Origin: Octopus sinensis
Taxonomy: Eukaryota
Reading direction: 5' to 3'
Assembly: GCF_006345805.1 (NCBI RefSeq)
Contig: NW_021834307.1
Coordinates: 1-64,000, forward strand
Length of the DNA stretch: 64,000 bases
Both the position numbers and the translations under genes were made by a program. This document shows positions 52,832-64,000 of the stretch, in pieces. The number at the start of each line of letters is the position of its first letter. The stretch's first letter is position 1. Under the pieces are notes generated by a model, which was not told the origin of the DNA, made no database searches, and worked only from the letters and a program-made list of their open reading frames with translations.

Positions 52832-55800
52832 TATTTCCATACAATTATTTCATACAATCATTTCCATAGAATCATTTCCATACAATCCTTTCCATACAAT
52901 CGTTTCCATACAATCATTTCCATACAATCGCTTCCATACAATCATTTCCATAAATGCGTTTCCATACAATCGTTTCTAGACAATCATTTCCATACTATCG
53001 TTTCCATAAAATCATTTCCATACAATCATTTCCATACAATCATTTCCATACAATCATTTCCATACAATTATTTCCATACAATCATTTCCATACAATCATT
53101 TCCATACAATCATTTCCATACAATCATTTCCATACAATAGTTTCCATACAATCATTTCCATAAAATCGTTTCAATACAATCGTTTCCAGACAATCATTTC
53201 CATACAATCGTTTCCATAAAATCATTTCCATACAATGACTGTATGGAACTAATTTTATGGAAATGATTTGTATGGAAATGATTTATGGAAATAATTGTAT
53301 GGAAATGATTGTACGGAAATGAGTGTATGGAAATGATTGTATGGAAATGATTGTATGGAAATAATTGTATGGAATTGATTGTATGGAAACAATTGTATGG
53401 AAATGATTGTATGGAATTGATTGTATGGAAATGATTGTATGGAAACGATTTTATGGAAACGATTGTATGGAAACGATTGTATGGAAACGATTGTATGGAA
53501 ACGATTGTATGGAAATGATTGTATGGAAACGATTGTATGGAAATGATTATTTGGAAATGATTGTATGGAAATGATTGTATCGAAATGATACTATGGAAAC
53601 GATTGTATGGAAACGATTGTATGGAAACGATTGTATGGAAACGATTGTATGGAAATGATTGTTTGGAAATGATTTATGGAAATGATTGTATTGAAATGAT
53701 TGTATGGAAATGATTGTATGGAAATGATTGTATGGAAATGATTGTATGGAAATGATTGTATGGAAATATTTGTATGGAAATGCTTGTATGGAAATGATTG
53801 TATGGAAATGATTGTATGGAAACAATTGTATGGAAACGATTGTATGGAAACGATTGTATGGAAACGATTGTATGGAAACGATTGTATGGAAACGATTGTA
53901 TGGAAATGATTGTTTGGAAATGATTGTATGGAACTGATTGTATGGAAATGATTGTATGGAAATGACTGTATGGAAATAATTCTATGGAAATGATTGTATG
54001 GAAATGATTGTATGGAAATGTTTGCATGGAAATAATTGTATGGAAATGATTGTATGGAAATGATTGTATGGAAATGATTGTATGGAAATAATTGTATGGA
54101 AATGATTGTATGGAAATTATTGTATGGATATGTTTATATGGAAATGATTGTATGGAAATGATTGAATGGAAATGATTGTATGGAAATGATTGTATGGAAA
54201 TGATTGTATGGAAATGATTGTATGGAAACGATTGTATGGAAATGATTGTATGGAAACGATTGTATGGAAATGATTGTATGGAAATGATTGTATGGAAATG
54301 ATTGTATGGAAATGATTGAATGGAAACGATTGTATGGAAATGATTGTATGGAAACGATTGTATGGAAACGATTGTATGGAAATGATTGTATGGAATGATT
54401 GTGTGGAAATGATTGTATGGAAATGATTGTATGGAAATGATTGAATGGAAACGATTGAATGGAAATGATTGTATGGAAATGATTGTATAGAAATGATTGT
54501 ATGGAAATGATTGTATGGAACTATTGTATGGAAATGATTGTATGGAAATAATTGTATGGAAATGATTGTATGGAAATGATTGTATGGAAATTATTGTATG
54601 GAAATAATTGTATGGAAATGATTGTATGGAAATGATTGTATGGAAACGATTGTATGGAAACGATTGTTTGGAAACGATTTTATGGAAATGATTGTATGGA
54701 AATGATTGTATGGAAATGATTGTATGAAAATGATTGTATGGAAATGATTGTATGGAAATAATTGTATGGAAATGAGTGTATGGAAATGATTGTATGGAAA
54801 TTATTGTATGGAAATAATTGTATGGAATTGATTGTATGGAAATAATTGTATGGAAAAGATTGTATGGAAATAATTGTATGGAAATGATTGTATGGAAAGA
54901 ATTGTATGGAAATGATTCTATGGAAATGATTGTATGGAAATAATTTTATGGAAGTGATTGTATGGAAATGATTGCATGGAAATGATTGTATGGAAATGAT
55001 TGTATGGAAATGATTGTATGGAAATGATTGTATGGAAATAATTGTATGGAAATGATTGTATGGAAATGATTGTATGTAAATGATTGTATGTAAATGATTG
55101 TATGGAAATGATTGTATGGAAATGATTGTATGGAAATAATTGTATGGAAATGCTTGTATGGAAATGATTGTATGGAAATGATTGTATGGAAATGATTGTA
55201 TGGAAATAATTGTATGGAAACGATTGTATGGAAACGATTGTATGGAAATGATTGTATGGAAACCATTGTATGGAAACGATTGTATGAAAATGATTGTTTG
55301 GAAATGATTGCATGGAAATGATTGAATGGAAATGATTGTATGGAAATGACGGTATGGAAATGATTGTATGGAAATGATTGAATGGAAATGATTGTATGGA
55401 AATGATTGAATGGAAATGATTGTATGGAAATAATTTTATGGAAATGACTGTATGGAAATGATTGTATGGAAATGATTGCATGGAAATGATTGTATGGAAA
55501 TGATTGTATGGATATGACTGTATGGAAATGATTGTATGGAAATGATTGAATGGAGATGATTGTATGGAAATAATTTTATGGAAATGATTGAATGGAAATG
55601 ATTGTATGGAAATGATTGTATGGAAATGATTGTATGGAAATGATTGTATGGAAACGATTGCATGGAAACGATTGTATGGAAACGATTGTATGGACACGAT
55701 TGTATGGAAATGATTTTTTGGAAATGATTGTATGGAAATGATTGTATGGAAATGATTGTATGGAAACGATTGTATGGAAACGATTGTATGGAAATGATTG

Positions 55801-58800
55801 TATGGAAATAACTGTATGGAAATACTTGTATGGAAATGATTGTATTGAAATGATTGTATGGAAATGATTGTATGGAAATGACTGTATGGAAATGATTTAT
55901 GGAAGTGATTGTATGGAAATAATTGTATGGAAATGATTGTATGGAAATGATTGTATGGAAATAATTGTATGGAAACGATTCTATGGAAATGATTGTATGG
56001 AAATGATTGTATGGAAATGATTTATGGAAATAATTGTATGGAAATGATTGTACGGAAACTAGTGAATGGAAATGATTGTATGGAAATGATTGTATGGAAA
56101 TAATTGTATGGAAATGATTGTATGGAAATTATTGTATGGAAATGATTGTATGGAAACGATTGTATGGAAACGATTGTGTGGAAACGATTGTATGGAAATG
56201 ATTATTTGGAAATGATTGTATGGAAATGATTGTATCTAAATGATTCTATGGAAACGATTGTATGGAAAAGATTGTATGGAAACGATTGTATGGAAACGAT
56301 TGTATGGAAATGATTGTTTGGAAATGATTTATGGAAATGATTGTATTGAAATGATTGTATGGAAATGATTGTATGGAAATGATTGTATGGAAATGATTGT
56401 ATGGAAATGATTGTATGGAAATGATTGTATGGAAATGCTTGTATGGAAATGATTGTATGGAAATGATTGTATGGAAATGATTTTATGGAAACAATTGTAT
56501 GGAAACGATTGTATGGAAACGATTGTCTGGAAACGATTGTATGGAAACGATAGTATGGAAACGATTGTATGAAAATGATTGTTTGGAAATGATTGTATGG
56601 AAATGATTGTATGGAAATGATTGTATGGAAATCAGTGTATGGAAATGATTCTATTTAAATGATTGTATGGAAATGATTGTATGGAAATGATTGTATGGAA
56701 ATAATTGTATGGAAATGATTGTATGGAAATGATTGTATGGAAATAATTGTATGGAAACGATTGTATGGAAACGATTGTATGGAAATGATTGTTTGGAAAT
56801 GATTTATGGAAATGATTGTATTGAAATGATTGTATGGAAATGATTGTATGGAAATGATTGTATGGAAATGATTGTATGGAAATGATTGTATGGAAATGCT
56901 TGTATGGAAATGATTGTATGGAAATGATTGTATGGAAATGATTGTATGGAAACAATTGTATGGAAACGATTGTATGGAAAGGATTGTCTGGAAACGATTG
57001 TATGGAAACGATAGTATGGAAACGATTGTATGAAAATGATTGTTTGGAAATGATTGTATGGAAATGATTGTATGGAAATGATTGTATGGAAATCAGTGTA
57101 TGGAAATGATTCTATTTAAATGATTGTATGGAAATGATTGTATGGAAATGATTGTATGGAAATAATTGTATGGAAATGATTGTATGGAAATGATTGTATG
57201 GAAATGATTGTACGGAAATAATTGTATGGAAATGATTGTATGGAAATGATTGTATGGATATGTTTATATGGAAATGATTGTATGGAAATGATTGTATGGA
57301 AATGATTGTATGGAAATGATTGTATGGAAATGATTGTATGGAAACGATTGTATGGAAATGATTGTATGGAAACGATTGTATGGAAATGATTGTATGGAAA
57401 TGATTGTATGGAAATGATTGTATGGAAATCATTGTATGGAAATGATTGAATGGAAACGATTGTATGGAAATGATTGTATGGAAACGATTGTTTGGAAACG
57501 ATTGTATGGAAATGATTATATGGAAATAATTGTATGGAAATACTTGTATGGAAATGATTGTATGGAAATGATTGCATGGAAATGATTGTATGGAATGATT
57601 GTATGGAAATGATTGTATGGAAATGATTGTATGGAAATGATTGTATGGAAATGATTGTATGGAAACGATTCTATGGAAATGATTGTATGGAAACGATTGT
57701 ATGGAAACGATTGTATGGAAATGATTGTATGGAAATAATTGTATGGAAATACTTGTATGGAAATGATTGTATGGAAATGATTGCATGGAAATGATTGTAT
57801 GGAAAGGATTGTATGGAAATGATTGTATGGAAATGATTGTATGGAACTATTGTATGGAAATGATTGTATGGAAATAATTGTATGGAAATGATTGTATGGA
57901 AATGATTGTATGGAAATTATTGTATGGAAATAATTGTATGGAAATTATTGTATGGAAATGATTGTATGGAAACGATTGTATGGAAACGATTGTTTGGAAA
58001 CGATTTTATGGAAATGATTGTATGGAAATGATTGTATGGAAATGATTGTATGGAAATGATTGTATGGAAATAATTGTATGGAAATGAGTGTATGGAAAAG
58101 ATTGTATGGAAATGATTGTATGGAAATGATTGTATGGAAAGAATTGTATGGAAATGATTGTATGGAAATGATTGTATGGAAATAATTTTATGGTAATGAT
58201 TGTATGGAAATGATTGCATGGAAATGATTGTATGGAAATGATTGTATGGAAATGATGTATGGAAATGATTGTATGGAACGATTGTATGGAAATGATTGTT
58301 TGGAAATGATTTATGGAAATGATTGTATTGAAATGATTGTATGGAAATGATTGTATGGAAATGATTGTATGGAAATGATTGTATGGAAATGATTGTATGG
58401 AATGCTTGTATGGAAATGATTGTATGGAAATGATTGTATGGAAATGATTGTATGGAAACAATTGTATGGAAACGATTGTATGGAAAGGATTGTCTGGAAA
58501 CGATTGTATGGAAAATTGTATGGAAATGATTGTATGAAAATGATTGTTTGGAAATGATTGTATGGAAATGATTGTATGGAAATGATTGTATGGAAATCAG
58601 TGTATGGAAATGATTCTATTTAAATGATGTATGGAAATGATTGTATGGAAATGATTGTATGGAAATAATTGTATGGAAATGATTGTATGGAAATGATTGT
58701 ATGGAAATGATTGTACGGAAATAATTGTATGGAAATGATTGTATGGAAATGATTGTATGGATATGTTTATATGGAAATGATTGTATGGAATGATTGTATG

Positions 58801-61800
58801 GAAATGATTGTATGAAAATGATTGTATGGAAATGATTGTATGGAAACGATTGTATGGAAATGATTGTATGGAAACGATTGTATGGAAATGATTGTATGGA
58901 AATGATTGTATGGAATGATTGTATGGAAATCATTGTATGGAAATGATTGAATGGAAACGATTGTATGGAAATGATTGTATGGAAACGATTGTTTGGAAAC
59001 GATTGTATGGAAATGATTATATGGAAATAATTGTATGGAAATACTTGTATGGAAATGATTGTATGGAAATGATTGCATGGAAATGATTGTATGGAAATGA
59101 TTGTATGGAAATGATTGTATGGAAATGATTGTATGGAAATGATTGTATGGAAATGATTGTATGGAAACGATTCTATGGAAATGATTGTATGGAAACGATT
59201 GTATGGAAACGATTGTATGGAAATGATTGTATGGAAATAATTGTATGGAAATACTTGTATGGAAATGATTGTATGGAAATGATTGCATGGAAATGATTGT
59301 ATGGAAAGGATTGTATGGAAATGATTGTATGGAAATGATTGTATGGAACTATTGTATGGAAATGATTGTATGGAAATATTGTATGGAAATGATTGTATGG
59401 AATGATTGTATGGAAATTATTGTATGGAAATAATTGTATGGAAATTATTGTATGGAAATGATTGTATGGAAACGATTGTATGGAAACGATTGTTTGGAAA
59501 CGATTTATGGAAATGATTGTATGGAAATGATGTATGGAAATGATTGTATGGAATGATTGTATGGAAATGATTGTATGGAAATGATTGTATGGAAAAGATT
59601 GTATGGAAATGATTGTATGGAAATGATTGTATGGAAAGAATTGTATGGAAATGATTGTATGGAAATGATTGTATGGAAATAATTTTATGGTAATGATTGT
59701 ATGGAAATGATTGCATGGAAATGATTGTATGGAAATGATTGTATGGAAATGATTGTATGGAAATGATTGTATGGAAACGATTGTATGGAAACGATTGTTT
59801 GGAAACGATTTTATGGAAATGATTGTATGGAAATGATTGTATGGAAATGATTGTATGGAAATGAGTGTATGGAAATAATTTTATGGAAATGATTGTATGG
59901 TAATGATTGCATGGAAATGATTGTATGGAAATAATTGTATGGAATTGTTTGTATGGAAATAATTTTATGGACAAGATTGTATGGAAATGATTGTATGGAA
60001 ATGATTGTATGGAAAGAATTGTATGGAAATGATTGTATGGAAATGATTGTATGGAAATAATTTTATGGAAATGATTGTATGGTAATGATTGCATGGAAAT
60101 GATTGTATGGAAATGATTGTATGGAAATGATTGTATGGAAATGATTGTATGGAAATGATTGTATGGAAATAATTGTATGGAAATGATTGTATGGAAATGA
60201 TTGTATGCAAATGATTGTATGTAAATGATTGTATGGAAATGATTGTATGGAAATGATTGTATGGAAATAATTGTATGGAAATGCTTGTATGGAAATGATT
60301 GTATGGAATTGATTGTATGGAAATGATTGTATGGAAATAATTGTATGGAAACGATTGTATGGAAACGATTGTATGGAAATGATTGTACGGAAACGATTGT
60401 ATGGAAACGATTGTATGGAAATGATTGTTTGGAAACGATTGCATGGAAATGATTGTATGGAAATGATTGTATGGAAATGACTGTATGGAAATGATTGTAT
60501 GGAAATGATTGAATGGAAATGATTGTATGGAAATGATTGAATGGAAATGATTGTATAGAAATAATTTTATGGAAATGACTGTATGGAAATGATTGTATGG
60601 AAATGATTGCATGGAAATGATTGTATGGAAATGATTGTATGGATATGACTGTATGGAAATGATTGTATGGAAATTATTGAATGGAGATGATTGTATGGAA
60701 ATAATTTTGTGGAAATGATTGAATGGAAATGATGTATGGAAATGATTGTATGGAAATGATTGTATGGAAACGATTGTATGGAAACGATTGCATGGAAACG
60801 ATTGTATGGAAACGATTGTATGGACACGATTGTATGGAAATGATGTTTTGGAAATGATTGTATGGAAATGATTGTATGGAAATGATTGTATGGAAACGAT
60901 TGTATGGAAACGATTGTATGGAAATGATTGTATGGAAATAACTGTATGGAAATACTTTTATGGAAATGATTGTATGGAAATGATTGTATGGAAATGATTG
61001 TATGGAAATGACTGTATGGAAATGATTGTATGGAAACGATTGTATGGAAATGATTGTATGGAAATGATTGTATGGAAATGATTTATGGAAATAATTGTAT
61101 GGAAATGATTGTACGGAAATGAGTGAATGGAAATGATTGTATGGAAATGATTGTATGAAAATAATTGTATGGACTTGATTGTATGGAAATAATTGTATGG
61201 AAATGATTGTATGGAAATGATTGTATGGAAATGATTGTATGGAAACGATTGTATGGAAACGATTGTGTGGAAACGATTGTATGGAAATGATTATTTGGAA
61301 ATGATTGTATGGAAATGATTGTATCTAAATGATTCTCTGGAAACGATTGTATGGAAAAGATTGTATGGAAACGATTGTATGGAAACGATTGTATGGAAAT
61401 GATTGTTTGGAAATGATTTATGGAAATGATTCTATTGAAATGATTGTATGGAAATGATTGTATGTAAATGATTGTATGGAAATGATTGTATGGAAATGAT
61501 TGTATGGAAATGATTGTATGGAACTAATTGTATGGAAATGTTTGTATGGAAATGATTGTATGGAAATGATTGTATGGAAATGATTGTATGGAAACAATTG
61601 TATGGAAACGATTGTATGGAAACGATTGTATGGACACGATTGTATGGAAACGATAGTATGGAAACGATTGTATGGAAATGATTGTTTGGAAATGATTGTA
61701 TGGAAATGATTTATGGAAATCATTGTATGGAAATGAGTGTATGGAAATGATTCTATTTAAATGATTGTATGGAAATGATTGTATGGAAATGATTGTATGG

Positions 61801-64000
61801 AAATAATTGTATGGAAATGATTGTATGGAAATGATTGTACGGAAATAATTGTATGGAAATGATTGTATGGAAATGATTGTATGGATATGTTTATATGGAA
61901 ATGATTGTATGGAAATGATTGTATGGAAATGATTGTATGGAAATGATTGTATGGAAATGATTGTATGGAAACGATTGTATGGAAATGATTGTATGGAAAC
62001 GATTGTATGGAAATGATTGTATGGAAATGATTGTATGGAAATGATTGTATGGAAATGATTGTATGGAAATGATTGAATGGAAACGATTGTATGGAAATGA
62101 TTGTATGGAAACGATTGTTTGGAAACGATTGTATGGAAATGATTGTATGGAAATAATTGTATGGAAATATTTGTATGGAAATGATTGTATGGAAATGATT
62201 GCATGGAAATGATTGTATGGAAATGATTGTATGGAAATGATTGTATGGAATTGATTGTATGGAAATGATTGTATGGAAATGATTGTATGGAAACGATTGT
62301 ATGGAAATGATTGTATGGAAATGATTGTATGGAAATGATTGTATGGAAATGATTGTATGGAAATGATTGTATGGAAATGATTGAATGGAAACGATTGTAT
62401 GGAAATGATTGTATGGAAACGATTGTATGGAAATGATTGTATGGAAATAATTGTATGGAAATACTTGTATGGAAATGATTGTATGGAAATGATTGCATGG
62501 AAATGATTGTATGGAAAGGATTGTATGGAAATGATTGTATGGAAATGATTGTATGGATATTATTGTATGGAAATAATTGTATGGAATTGATTGTATGGAA
62601 ATAATTGTATTGAAATGATTGTATGGAAATGATTGTATGGAAATGATTGTATGGAAATGATTGTATGGAAATGATTGTATGGAAACGATTCTATGGAAAT
62701 GATTGTATGGAAATGATTGTATGGAAATGATTGTCTGGAAATGATTGTATGGAAATGATTGAATGGAAACGATTGTATGGAAATGATTGTATGGAAACGA
62801 TTGTATGGAAACGATTGTATGGAAATGATTGTATGGAAATAATTGTATGGAAATACTTGTATGGAAATGATTGTATGGAAATGATTGCATGGAAATGATT
62901 GTATGGAAAGGATTGTATGGAAATGATTGTATGGAAATGATTGTATGGAAATGATTGTATGGAACTATTGTATGGAAATGATTGTATGGAAATAATTGTA
63001 TGGAAATGATTGTATGGAAATGATTGTATGGAAATTATTGTATGGAAATAATTGTATGGAAATGATTGTATGGAAATGATTGTATGGAAACGATTGTATG
63101 GAAACGATTGTTTGGAAACGATTTTATGGAAATGATTGTATGGAAATGATTGTATGGAAATGATTGTATGGAAATGATTGTATGGAAATGATTTTATGGA
63201 AATAATTGTATGGAAATGAGTGTATGGAAAAGATTGTATGGAAATGATTGTATGGAAATGATTGTATGGAAAGAATTGTATGGAAATGTTTGTATGGAAA
63301 TGATTGTATGGAAATAATTTTATGGAAATGATTGTATGGAAATGATTGCATGGAAATGATTGTATGGAAATGATTGTATGGAAATGATTGTATGGAAATA
63401 ATTGTATGGAAACGATTGTATGGAAACGATTGTTTGGAAACGATTTTATGGAAATGATTGTATGGAAATGATTGTATGGAAATGATTGTATGGAAATGAT
63501 TGTATGGAAATGATTGTATGGAAATTATTGTATGGAAATAATTGTATGGAAATGAGTGTATGGAAATGATTGTATGGATATTATTGTATGGAAATAATTG
63601 TATGGAATTGATTGTATGGAAATAATTGTATTGAAATGATTGTATGGAAATGATTGTATGGAAATGATTGTATGGAAAGAATTGTATGGAAATGATTGTA
63701 TGGAAATGATTGTATGGAAATAATTTTATGGAAAGGATTGTATGGAAATGATTGTATGGAAATGATTGTATGGAAATGATTGTATGGAAATTATTGTATG
63801 GAAATGATTGTATGGAAATGATTGTATGGAAATAATTGTATGGAAATGATTGTATGGAAATGATTGTATGTAAATGATTGTATGGAAATGATTGTATGGA
63901 AATGATTGTATGGAAATAATTGTATGGAAATGATTGTATGGAAATGATTTTCAGGAAATGATTGTATGGAAATGATTGTATGGAAATGATTGTATGGAAA
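52832..64000. repeat. Satellite array, 14-bp unit TGGAAATGATTGTA (about 800 copies, continues beyond window)
   Basis: The unit was counted directly. The 14-aa translation period (HFHTIISIQSFPYN = 42 nt = 3 units) confirms 14 bp. Block 52832-53235 is in the opposite orientation. Confidence 0.98.

Noticed and set aside
53547-63351. Many ORFs with HFHTIISIQSFPYN repeats
   Set aside because: The stop-free strand of a 14-bp satellite, open in all three frames; no coding evidence.
52832-64000. Satellite as CRISPR array or telomere
   Set aside because: No unique spacers, and the unit is not TTAGGG-like.

Overview
This is an AT-rich eukaryotic (animal) window, packed with microsatellites and almost entirely repetitive. 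The SINE types and repeat density suggest an octopus or other coleoid cephalopod (inference). No host gene can be called confidently; most track ORFs are simple-repeat artefacts. Contents: (i) decayed mariner, Tc1 and hAT DNA transposons and MITEs, including a fold-back mariner derivative; (ii) tRNA-derived SINEs of at least four types; (iii) fragments of RLE-type (R4/Dong-like) and CR1/L2-like LINEs; (iv) two Penelope-like elements (PLEs) with RT plus GIY-YIG endonuclease, one heavily decayed (34.0-36.0 kb, +) and one nearly intact (49.2-51.9 kb, -); (v) an 11-kb array of a 14-bp satellite with an orientation switch and higher-order duplications, running off the window end. The most striking unannotated signal is a set of type I hammerhead ribozyme motifs found by eye. 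Seven have an intact or single-variant core and three are degenerate, all within about 46 kb. All but one of the seven have an exactly palindromic stem III. A tandem pair 288 nt apart lies in the 3' terminal repeat of the near-intact PLE and carries a U instead of the conserved A6. All folds are manual and untested.
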